A stretch of 35,552 nt of DNA from a virus (taxonomy: Duplodnaviria > Caudoviricetes), in IMG/VR virus record IMGVR_UViG_3300020045_006710, positions 1 through 35,552 of that record; one strand, given 5' to 3'. Below, in pieces: positions 7,866 through 15,806 of the stretch. The translations under genes were made by a program, and so were the position numbers. Under the pieces are notes generated by a model. It saw nothing but the letters and a program-made list of their open reading frames with translations, had not been told where the DNA came from and made no database searches. How positions within the stretch are numbered: the first letter of the stretch is position 1; each line of letters begins with the position of its first letter.

Positions 7866-8038
7866 TAAACCTACTCGACCTGATTAGCCAAGAAGTCGCC
7901 AAGCCGGAATTAGACCACGTTGTCTTTACGGTCGCGCTGCGGGACTTTGGCGTAGATGATGAAACGATTGACGATTGTTTAGCCATGCCAGCGGATCGCC
8001 GGGAATGGCTTTTAACCTATTTTGAGGGTAAGAAATGA
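7862..8038 (+). CDS. Hypothetical protein, 58 aa
   Basis: Read manually (MINLLDLISQ...); ATGA overlaps at both ends. Confidence 0.6.
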   Translation: MINLLDLISQEVAKPELDHVVFTVALRDFGVDDETIDDCLAMPADRREWLLTYFEGKK

Positions 8039-8355
8039 GATATTTTAATGCGGTGCATGACAAAACAGAATCTGACGATGACATTTTTATGGGTCAAAAA
8101 ATGACTGTTAGAAGGTCATTAATTGAAAAGATCGAAAAAAAACTAGGCATTGCGCTGTGGTATGGCGCAAAACTGCCATATCCAGAAGATCTGAATGATG
8201 GCTATATGGCACTATCAGAAAGCGAAAAAGATGATCGTGTCCTGGTTTGCCGCGCTACTGTACATTCGCAAATTTGTGCGATGGAAAGAAAATTGTATAG
8301 CTTAAAAAACATTAGAACCCTGTTGTCACAAATTGATTTAAAGGACACAGAATGA
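8035..8355 (+). CDS. Hypothetical protein
   Basis: ORF with GAGG RBS and ATGA coupling. Confidence 0.65.
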   Translation: MRYFNAVHDKTESDDDIFMGQKMTVRRSLIEKIEKKLGIALWYGAKLPYPEDLNDGYMALSESEKDDRVLVCRATVHSQICAMERKLYSLKNIRTLLSQIDLKDTE

Positions 8356-8477
8356 AATCTATATATTGAGAGATTATTAAATCAAGGTGGATAGGGATTG
8401 GAATAAGCTACTGCCACGAAGAAAAAGAGATAGATATTTTGATAGTTAATGTCAGGTTAATATTGGTGATTAAATGA
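8352..8477 (+). pseudogene. 41-codon ORF interrupted by in-frame TGA at codon 6
   Basis: MKSIY*EIIKSRWIGIGISY...VIK; ATGA overlaps with both neighbours in this frame. Confidence 0.5.
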
Positions 8478-9016
8478 AAATGATAAGCGATGAAGTGTAC
8501 ACAAGTGAAATGCACCGGCTGTTAAAAGCGTGTGACTACCTAAAGCGCGACCGATTAATGCTAATAAAAACGGCATTTGAGACGTTTAGTATTTATGAAC
8601 GTGATGCACACCTGGAAGACATGGAGCGAGCCGCTAGGCAGTACCAAGAGGCTAAAAAAGCGGCGCGTGTCGTGCCACTGGAGGCGGATGAGCAAAAAGC
8701 GTTTGTATCGTGGTTTTATACCAACTTCCCAACAAAAAAAATAATGATGATCCGCAACGATGGAGGTAGATCAAATTGGGAAAAAACAGAGCAAATACCG
8801 CTTGGCTTGCTCCCTGGCGCAGCGGATTTGTATATACCCAATCTGCATACATGGGTTGAGTTAAAACGCACCAAGGGCAGTAAAATCAGCGCGGAGCAGG
8901 TTGATTTTGCTAAATATGTGAGGGAAGAATGCGGTGATAAATACTTGCTTTGCTACGGTTGTGAGGATGCGATTAATCAGGTTTTGGAGGTTATTAATAA
9001 AAAAGCTTGCAATTAA
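8474..9016 (+). CDS. VRR-NUC (PD-(D/E)xK) nuclease
   Basis: EADEQKAFV.WF, GLLPGAADL, WVELKR.KG...S.EQ..F. Confidence 0.85.
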   Translation: MKMISDEVYTSEMHRLLKACDYLKRDRLMLIKTAFETFSIYERDAHLEDMERAARQYQEAKKAARVVPLEADEQKAFVSWFYTNFPTKKIMMIRNDGGRSNWEKTEQIPLGLLPGAADLYIPNLHTWVELKRTKGSKISAEQVDFAKYVREECGDKYLLCYGCEDAINQVLEVINKKACN

Positions 9017-9035
9017 AATAAAAATGTTTTAAAGT
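9007..9035 (+). promoter_or_regulatory. Sigma70-type promoter with degenerate copy of the 721-738 operator
   Basis: TTGCAA-17 bp-TAAAGT; TAAAATAAAAATGTTTTA (9014-9031) matches the palindrome at 15/18. Confidence 0.65.
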
Positions 9036-9077
9036 AACTATGCCTTGATTGAAGGCGGTTTGTTAAAGGTGAATAAA

Positions 9078-9605
9078 ATGAAATTTTACACAACACTAAA
9101 TAGAATAAAGCTACATCGTCCTTGTGGTATTAATAAAGATGATAACCACGGATTCAGAACGCTTTTGAACTATCTAGGAAAAACACGAGTAGATGATAAT
9201 CCTATTGATTTTTTAACAATTCTTAAATCGAATGGACTAGACGATACAATTTGGTGCATGCGCTCAGCTCCTGAATATAATAAAGAATGGCGCTTATTTG
9301 CTGTTTTTTGTGCAAGACAAAACGAGCATTTACTGAAAGATTGGAGAAGCATTGCGGCAATTAATGTAGCTGAGCGATATGCGCACGGGCAAGCGACAAA
9401 AGAGCAGCTTAAATATGCTGCTTATGCTGCTGCTTATGCTGCTGATGCTTATGCTTATGCTGCTGCTGCTGCTGCTGCTGATGCTGCTTATGCTGCTGCT
9501 TATGCTGCTGATGCTGCTGCTGCTTATGCTGCTGCTTATGCTGCTGATGCTGCTTCCAAAGAACAACAAGAAGAATATTTAGCAAAACTATTTAAAGGTG
9601 AATAA
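9078..9605 (+). CDS. Phage protein with Ala/Tyr/Asp low-complexity tail (helical, Imm5-like region)
   Basis: TTLNRI...PC, SNGLDD.IW, RLFAVFCAR, RS..AI.VAE.YA.G.AT.E.L then repeat; AAAGGTG RBS. Confidence 0.7.
   Translation: MKFYTTLNRIKLHRPCGINKDDNHGFRTLLNYLGKTRVDDNPIDFLTILKSNGLDDTIWCMRSAPEYNKEWRLFAVFCARQNEHLLKDWRSIAAINVAERYAHGQATKEQLKYAAYAAAYAADAYAYAAAAAAADAAYAAAYAADAAAAYAAAYAADAASKEQQEEYLAKLFKGE
9414..9554 (+). repeat. 47-codon array made only of GCT/TAT/GAT
   Basis: Directly visible. Confidence 0.95.
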
Positions 9606-9606
9606 A

Positions 9607-9870
9607 ATGAAAATAGCAATTTATAGAAGCGAGCATACTGACATAATTGCAGAAGCGGATACATGGATAGGAGGAAGCGCCAGTTATGTTAGAGTAAGTG
9701 AGATAGTTGATGTTGAATTTACTATGCTTCCAAAAAGCGAAACACAAGCAAAAGAACTTGCGTTAATCGATGCGCAGATTGAAGAATTACAAGCGAATTA
9801 CGGATCAAAAATTAGCCACTTGCAAGCCAAAAGACAAGAGCTTTTAGCTATAGGACATGACGATGAGTAA
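9607..9870 (+). CDS. Hypothetical protein with C-terminal coiled coil
   Basis: AAAGGTG RBS; YVRVSE.V.VEF then coiled coil ending LLAIGH. Confidence 0.7.
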   Translation: MKIAIYRSEHTDIIAEADTWIGGSASYVRVSEIVDVEFTMLPKSETQAKELALIDAQIEELQANYGSKISHLQAKRQELLAIGHDDE

Positions 9871-9973
9871 CCGATACCAAAAAGAAGATGCGCCGGAAAT
9901 ACTAATCGTATTTCTTTTTTTTACTTTGTCGGCCTTGATTATTGGGCTGGTTGTTTATGGGGTGATGAAATGA
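9863..9973 (+). CDS. Small single-pass membrane protein, 36 aa
   Basis: Read manually: MSNRYQKEDAPEILIVFLFFTLSALIIGLVVYGVMK; overlaps both neighbours. Confidence 0.55.
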   Translation: MSNRYQKEDAPEILIVFLFFTLSALIIGLVVYGVMK

Positions 9974-10383
9974 AAACTAAAGAAGAATTGCAAAAAATCA
10001 TTGCTGATGCACGAGCTGAGCTTGCCGAAATGGAAAAGCCTTTTGAGTTGCCTTTCGGTGATTTTTTTATTACAGGTGGGCTGCGAACGGTTGAGACACA
10101 CTTGAATACAGTATACTCGAATACCTACCATAATAACGGCATGACACGCCGAACACGCGAACAAGCCGAAAATGCGCGCAAAAGCATTATTAGATATTCC
10201 AAGCTGTTAGCGCTTAGGGATGCGCTTGATGATGGGTCAATGCAGGAATGCGCAATTGTTTATATGAATGGCAAATACGATTATGGGATTGGAATCAATG
10301 TAGCTGGTCACGCTATTTTTTTCGGTCTTGAATCGGCAAAAAAGGCTTGCGACCTGCTCAACTCTCGTAGGTTTATGCTATGA
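9970..10383 (+). CDS. Hypothetical protein
   Basis: ORF with RBS and ATGA overlaps. Confidence 0.65.
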   Translation: MKTKEELQKIIADARAELAEMEKPFELPFGDFFITGGLRTVETHLNTVYSNTYHNNGMTRRTREQAENARKSIIRYSKLLALRDALDDGSMQECAIVYMNGKYDYGIGINVAGHAIFFGLESAKKACDLLNSRRFML

Positions 10384-10841
10384 GCGAATACGCCACCACA
10401 CAAGAAGCCGGTGTAATCATCGGCATTAAAAACCAGTCAACAATTAAGAAATACGTATCGTTACTGGCGCGGTTTTGTGAAGATTTTCCGCCGGTTGAAA
10501 AGGTGTTTGGCAAGTCAAAATATTACCGGGTTGATAAGCTAAAGGCGTTTGCGGAGAAAAACGATGCTTATAAACTGGCGACTCAAATATGCAATAACCA
10601 ATACAAGGCCACTATCCGTGACCGCAAGAAAAACTCGGCAGATTTTGAATATGCTAAAGAGCCGGAATTTGAGGCCGTAGCACTGGCAAAAAGCGTTAAA
10701 GGTAATAAGGCGATAAATAAGCAATTTATCGCCGGTGAGTTTGCGCCAAGACCGTTAAAGATGACAAACAAGATTAAGCGTATCACTGCAAAGCATTTTG
10801 CACCTAAGACAACTAAAGTCCGCGTGACTGGGTGGAATTGA
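10380..10841 (+). CDS. Putative Xis/MerR-like winged-helix DNA-binding protein
   Basis: YATTQEA..IIGI...STI.KY...FP...V.G.SKYY....L..F pattern; basic C-terminus. Confidence 0.5.
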   Translation: MSEYATTQEAGVIIGIKNQSTIKKYVSLLARFCEDFPPVEKVFGKSKYYRVDKLKAFAEKNDAYKLATQICNNQYKATIRDRKKNSADFEYAKEPEFEAVALAKSVKGNKAINKQFIAGEFAPRPLKMTNKIKRITAKHFAPKTTKVRVTGWN

Positions 10842-11068
10842 TGAACAAAGAAAAAATAGAGTCTCTATATAGAACAGCGATTGATAACGGCACTTATTCA
10901 GCATTGTCATTTGCAAAACATATTGCTGAACTGTCATGGCAGGAAGCAATAGAAGAGGCCGCTAGCGAGTGCGAGTTACAAATGAGATACCCTGGCGGGA
11001 AATGCGATGTGCCTTATTATAATAACGTGCGGGACGCCGCTGACGGCATAAGAAGTCTTTTAAAGTAG
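10841..11068 (+). CDS. Hypothetical protein
   Basis: AIEEAA.EC...AA..IR.L pattern common in phage ORFs; start may be 10832 or 10841. Confidence 0.6.
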   Translation: MNKEKIESLYRTAIDNGTYSALSFAKHIAELSWQEAIEEAASECELQMRYPGGKCDVPYYNNVRDAADGIRSLLK

Positions 11069-11094
11069 GTAATTTATAACAGACAACCACTAAA

Positions 11095-11128
11095 AAACCT
11101 GCTTAACTATCTTTATTTAGGCAGGTTT
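11095..11128. terminator. Hairpin terminator between convergent early and late regions
   Basis: AAACCTGCTTAA...TTAGGCAGGTTT with A-run on the left (U tract for the - strand). Confidence 0.65.
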
Positions 11129-11185
11129 AAATGATTGAATTAATATTAATAGCTACATTGATTAATCTTGTTTTAACCATCGTGT

Positions 11186-11398
11186 CTATGAAGGCCAGTG
11201 GCCGTGCGTGGCGTAATAGACGCAGGCACTAAGAATACCGATCACTGACCACTGGGCGACTGTTTTTGCCAGTTCATAATACATAGACTTGCGCGCCTTC
11301 TCAGCCTCTATAGCCTCCTCTATCCATCGGTGATGCTCTTCGTGCCTGATATCTGCATCCCGCCGTTGTCGTGACCTGCGCTCAATATCGTTGCTCAT
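11186..11398 (-). CDS. Small protein with C-terminal TM helix (holin/antiholin-like)
   Basis: Charged N-terminus plus one TM; ATGA overlap with Rz. Confidence 0.55.
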   Translation of the reverse strand: MSNDIERRSRQRRDADIRHEEHHRWIEEAIEAEKARKSMYYELAKTVAQWSVIGILSACVYYATHGHWPS

Positions 11399-11874
11399 TT
11401 TACACCGCACTGCGCATGGACAAACGCCACTAATGCATTATAGTCAATGGTTAGTTTGTCGGCTCGGTAGGTTTCGGACTGAAGAAATTGTGTAAGTTCT
11501 GTTGAAAGTTCGGCTCCGCTGGCTCCATTTTCTTTATCGACTCCGGTATCACTGGTTTTTGGCACGGAGCAACGACTACGCGCCCGACCTGCGCCTGGGT
11601 CGCGCAAGACAATAGGCTTAAAGTTATCACGTAAAGCATTAATTGACTCAATAGCCGATGCATGGGATTGCTCCAAGTTTTTGTTTAAATTAAGCGCCTC
11701 GGCTTCTTTAATAGCCAGTTGCCCGATCAAGTTATCAAGCTGCGCTTGTGCTGATTCTTTCTGCGTGGCTATCGCCATATTTAGCGCAACTATAGCCTGT
11801 TTATCATTATGCCAAGCCACGCCCCATCCCGAGCAAAACGAAACTACTAACGCGCCTATGATTGCGTAAATCAT
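11395..11874 (-). CDS. Rz-like inner-membrane spanin
   Basis: N-terminal TM, coiled coil, ELS.E...FL..E..RAD.L C-terminus. Confidence 0.75.
   Translation of the reverse strand: MIYAIIGALVVSFCSGWGVAWHNDKQAIVALNMAIATQKESAQAQLDNLIGQLAIKEAEALNLNKNLEQSHASAIESINALRDNFKPIVLRDPGAGRARSRCSVPKTSDTGVDKENGASGAELSTELTQFLQSETYRADKLTIDYNALVAFVHAQCGVK
11451..11663 (-). CDS. Rz1-like outer-membrane lipoprotein spanin, embedded in Rz
   Basis: Hydrophobic leader, lipobox LLSC, Pro-rich mature region, nested in another frame. Confidence 0.65.
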   Translation of the reverse strand: MHRLLSQLMLYVITLSLLSCATQAQVGRVVVAPCQKPVIPESIKKMEPAEPNFQQNLHNFFSPKPTEPTN

Positions 11875-12062
11875 GACTCGTTCCTCGCCTTATTAAAGTT
11901 AAACGCCGTTGTGTTAATTAGCCGGTGCAAAGTAGCAAAAAAGCCTTTCTTAGTTGGCGCAGGAAGGAAGGCGGCTATCATGGATGCAAATCCAACTAGC
12001 TTAGGGATAAAATCGGATAATGCATCAATGAGCTGTGATGCTGATGTGATTTGTTCAATCAT
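11871..12062 (-). CDS. Putative holin-like membrane protein
   Basis: 63 aa, hydrophobic ASMIAAFLP.P segment, directly upstream of spanins; GAGG RBS. Confidence 0.5.
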   Translation of the reverse strand: MIEQITSASQLIDALSDFIPKLVGFASMIAAFLPAPTKKGFFATLHRLINTTAFNFNKARNES

Positions 12063-12382
12063 TTTAACCTCGGGTAATAATGCCGTTTACCGTTATGATC
12101 GTAAACAAGATGTGTGACGTTTCCAAAAACAATGTTCGCGGTGTGCAGGACGGCTTCAAAATCTTTGCGGTTTATAGCTAGCTGTGTCCCGCCTTTTAGT
12201 TCGCAAATACCATCGACAGGCGGCAAGCATGTTGTAAAAAACTTATACTGCACAGGGCTTTTACACAAATGACGGTCAATGCCTGTGTACACCCGCATAA
12301 TGCCGCTTCCTTGCGGCAATGGTTCAAATATGGCGTGACTAGACACGTTACCAACCGTTAAACCCGGGCTGCCCTGCGCCAT
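12059..12382 (-). CDS. Hypothetical protein
   Basis: ORF overlapping both neighbours. Confidence 0.55.
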   Translation of the reverse strand: MAQGSPGLTVGNVSSHAIFEPLPQGSGIMRVYTGIDRHLCKSPVQYKFFTTCLPPVDGICELKGGTQLAINRKDFEAVLHTANIVFGNVTHLVYDHNGKRHYYPRLK

Positions 12383-13004
12383 TTATTGCGGCTGCGCCCC
12401 ATTGGCATGTGACAGTAATGTCGTCAGAGTAGTCATCATATACGGCACCTTGCCATTGATTCCAGCCGCTCGGCTTGTAAAAATACTCGTTATTTGTTGT
12501 AGACACGCTGTTAAAATATGGCAAATTAGACGGATAAAGCTCCTGGTATCTATTTTTTGTTAATAGCCCATTTACGCCAACAGCCCTATATAGAGCTGCG
12601 TAAGCCCCCCAGCCCTTGTCAATTTTAAGCAAAGCCGGAACATAAATTCTATTAAAAAATTCCTTTTCGTTCCCAGTTAACAATGCCGCCCCCTGCATTT
12701 CACACCATTCCCGGGCTCGGAATGGCTGCATTAATACGTCACATGTTTGAGTGATAATTCCTGAATTTATGTCTTTTGACGCTCTTACACAATGCCCATT
12801 GCCTAGCGTGACCGGGTTTGAATTAACGTAGGATTTGTATGTTGTTTTGCGCAGTAAAACATCATTATTTTTAAATGATGTACCGAATCCTTTTATCTGT
12901 CCTGGTGTACCGCCAAGCGCAATTAGCTCGTCGGCTAAATATTGCGTCCATGCATTGGCAGATAATGCAAAAAACGATAATAAAAGCAGTGTGATTAATT
13001 TCAT
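12348..13004 (-). CDS. Secreted protein, possible C-type-lectin-like fold
   Basis: Signal peptide MKLITLLLLSFFALSANA; A.EWC...GA.L.T..E and late VTC; GAGG RBS. Confidence 0.6.
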   Translation of the reverse strand: MKLITLLLLSFFALSANAWTQYLADELIALGGTPGQIKGFGTSFKNNDVLLRKTTYKSYVNSNPVTLGNGHCVRASKDINSGIITQTCDVLMQPFRAREWCEMQGAALLTGNEKEFFNRIYVPALLKIDKGWGAYAALYRAVGVNGLLTKNRYQELYPSNLPYFNSVSTTNNEYFYKPSGWNQWQGAVYDDYSDDITVTCQWGAAAINGAGQPGFNGW

Positions 13005-13063
13005 GAAAACCTCTAATCTTAAATTAAGCTTAATTTTATATCAAAAGAAAGTTTATGTATGGT

Positions 13064-14518
13064 TTATTTATTCTTTAGCTTGCCTATTAATTGGTTCGCA
13101 ATCTCTGTTCCTATCGCCAAATGCCCATCCGGTGTAGGATGTGAAGCATCGCTATAAACAATTATGTCGCTATTACCAAAGCCGGTTGTTGCTCCCACTC
13201 TGCCTGTTCCAGTCCATAATGATCCTCCAACAGCTACACCAGTATCATCTGCTGATATGGCACCCTGCACACCTGCATCTATCGTCATTGATGGCGTTGT
13301 GCCATGCGGCGCATATGTTTTGCATCGTGTACGATAACCGTTGCCCCAACTGTAGGTTACACCTGGAATGGCTGACACGCCCGGCTCGAGTGGTATAGTA
13401 GTTGCGTTAATCGCGGCACCGCCACGGCATGTAATGCTTTCGATAGTTGAGATGTTATTTGAAGGTATCTCTAGTAAATCAATAAATATACCGCCAACTT
13501 TCTCCACTTCTTCTTTAATTGCTATTCGTTGTCCCCATGCATTTAAACCGACTTTATTTACTCCGCCGGTTGCCATAGGGGATGTCGCTACAATTAAGCA
13601 ACTAGGTAAATCGGCACTAACTTTCTCAAAACATTTTTTAGCCTGTTCTCTAACAGCCACCGGACTAGCGGTTGCATCGTTTATACTGCCCTGAAATATA
13701 ACCACATCAGGGTTTCTAGCAACAACAGATGCGCCAATGCGATCAAAATAATTAACATCGGCTCCTGAATTTGTAGCAACAAACCCCGTACCGCCTCTGC
13801 CGTTAATATAAACGTCAGTCCATCCCATCGCATGGCCGAAAACTTTAGCCCAATTATTAATTAGATCGGAACTTGTTCCATAGGTAAAAGAGTCGCCAAC
13901 GATCACAACTTTTGGTGATAATTCGTTAACAGGTGTTATTGAATCAGTTTGAGCGGTATTTATCCCGCCAAATCCACAAAAACCAGAACAAAATATATCT
14001 ATTCGCCGAGTCCCTACGCTACCAAAATCAAAAAACCAATACTTTAAACCACCATCTGATGGCGTGATCTGTGGCGTTAATGAAACAAACTCGCCATCAA
14101 CACGCGCTAGTAACGCCCCGCCTACAAGTCCTTCGCAGAGATATTCAAACGCGCTACCTGTATGCATAAAACTAACAACAAACTGCGTTAAATACCTCAT
14201 AAATAGATATTGCGGATATGTTGTGCCCAATAGCGCCGGTGTATCTGATCCGTACACTGTAAACGCAGGATTACCGAGTATAGCGGTTGTATTGCCTGAT
14301 ATATTTTGTTTTGCAGGCCATAGCAATGGCGTTGTTATTGTCGCGGTTGGATTTAACGCTACTGTTGGTGGCGATGCCATTACTTTACGCGGCACTATAG
14401 ATGATTGCGCTACAATAGCGTCAATTTTGCTGGTTTTATATAATCCATCATCTTGAGGATCTCCAGCCACTTCATAGAGCGATTGATATTGCGTCGAAAC
14501 TTGTGTATTAATTGGCAT
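13064..14518 (-). CDS. SGNH/GDSL esterase-domain protein (probable virion appendage)
   Basis: Blocks VGDSF, GRGGTG, GSIND, DASHP. Confidence 0.85.
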   Translation of the reverse strand: MPINTQVSTQYQSLYEVAGDPQDDGLYKTSKIDAIVAQSSIVPRKVMASPPTVALNPTATITTPLLWPAKQNISGNTTAILGNPAFTVYGSDTPALLGTTYPQYLFMRYLTQFVVSFMHTGSAFEYLCEGLVGGALLARVDGEFVSLTPQITPSDGGLKYWFFDFGSVGTRRIDIFCSGFCGFGGINTAQTDSITPVNELSPKVVIVGDSFTYGTSSDLINNWAKVFGHAMGWTDVYINGRGGTGFVATNSGADVNYFDRIGASVVARNPDVVIFQGSINDATASPVAVREQAKKCFEKVSADLPSCLIVATSPMATGGVNKVGLNAWGQRIAIKEEVEKVGGIFIDLLEIPSNNISTIESITCRGGAAINATTIPLEPGVSAIPGVTYSWGNGYRTRCKTYAPHGTTPSMTIDAGVQGAISADDTGVAVGGSLWTGTGRVGATTGFGNSDIIVYSDASHPTPDGHLAIGTEIANQLIGKLKNK

Positions 14519-14562
14519 GTTGCTACCTCGTGAGCTTGGTTAATTTTTGACAAAAACAATCG

Positions 14563-15804
14563 TTAAATAAGCACCTTATTAATATCGATTTTGCTTGCAA
14601 TATACTGATAGCCTTTCGGGTTTGGATGCACCCCGTCATTAGTGATTGCTTTGCCTGCACCGAAGAATTTCCAGTAATTTTCTGAATAAGTATTGGCTAT
14701 AATGTTATGCACATCAAGCACCGAAGTTTGCGCGGTTATAGTTTTTCCGGCCAATATCAAATCATTCAGATTTGACAGCTCGGCATCTTGAGCGATTAGC
14801 GTTTGCCCGGTTAAGTTATCCCATGTACCAGTACTGCGAGGCGTTAGCGTATTAACACAAAATGGCTTACCGGGAAAATTAGCGGCATACCAGGTATTAA
14901 TTAGTGCAACAATAGCAGCGCCTGTCCGATTTGCTGTTATATCGTTCGTGCCATAGTTTGTATCGACATGGGTAATATAGGGAGCGGCAAGCTTGCGGCT
15001 TGCATACCGACCGGCTGTATTAGCAGATAGTACGGTTTCGCCCATTCGAGCAAGATTAGTATAACCAACCGTACAGGCGCGCTCCATGTGTCCGGTTCTA
15101 TGTGTCGCATCTTCCGTATCGTATTGACCGTGTGCAATCGAATCGCCAGTGATTGCTAGGCTTGGCTGGTCTGTTATGGCGGTAATTAAAAAAGGCTTGT
15201 TAACCAGGATGTTGGTGGCATACGTTGCATTGGCAAGGCTTGTTTTGTCGGCTACATCTGTTCCGACTGCGTAAGTAATACCATCTAACAAGGTAGCGCC
15301 AAATCCGGCTACCGGAATAAACAGAGTTGATGCAACAGGAATGGCCCCGGCATTATGTCCGTGAATTTTTAACCTAAACCATTCGCCTTTAGGAATATAA
15401 ACCGGAATCATGTCTGTGTCACTTATGCCTCCGATTGGCACGTCACCAACCTTTTTTCCGCCTTCAAATGTAATTTGTGTAAACACATTGTTAGGATATT
15501 CAATGGTGCCGTACACTTCCATTTTGCCAAGATTTGTTACCGTATCGCCTGTGGCTGTGGTAACGTAAAAGTTAGCAAACATTGGCCTAATACCGTAAAC
15601 AGTAGACATGGCCTGATGTACGGTCGCCTGATCCCAAAAGTAATTACCAATGCTGGCGGCGTCATTACATCCGCAACGTGTGGCTATTTGGCCTTCGTAA
15701 ACAGTGTTTAGGCTTTCAGGTGCCGCATAACCATACTGGACTGGCGCGCTAATTTTTGTAAATAAATCTTGATACTGCTCTGAAATGTGTGTATTAATTG
15801 GCAT
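14563..15804 (-). CDS. SGNH/GDSL esterase-domain protein (probable virion appendage)
   Basis: Blocks TGDSI, ARMGE, YGTND, DGVHP. Confidence 0.85.
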   Translation of the reverse strand: MPINTHISEQYQDLFTKISAPVQYGYAAPESLNTVYEGQIATRCGCNDAASIGNYFWDQATVHQAMSTVYGIRPMFANFYVTTATGDTVTNLGKMEVYGTIEYPNNVFTQITFEGGKKVGDVPIGGISDTDMIPVYIPKGEWFRLKIHGHNAGAIPVASTLFIPVAGFGATLLDGITYAVGTDVADKTSLANATYATNILVNKPFLITAITDQPSLAITGDSIAHGQYDTEDATHRTGHMERACTVGYTNLARMGETVLSANTAGRYASRKLAAPYITHVDTNYGTNDITANRTGAAIVALINTWYAANFPGKPFCVNTLTPRSTGTWDNLTGQTLIAQDAELSNLNDLILAGKTITAQTSVLDVHNIIANTYSENYWKFFGAGKAITNDGVHPNPKGYQYIASKIDINKVLI

Positions 15805-15806
15805 GA

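Noticed and set aside
9330-9582. Ser/Ile and Met/Leu ORFs
   Set aside because: Shadow frames of the GCT/TAT/GAT array
10380-10841. Evidence for integration or lysogeny
   Set aside because: Xis-like resemblance is weak; no integrase, att site or CI-type repressor seen
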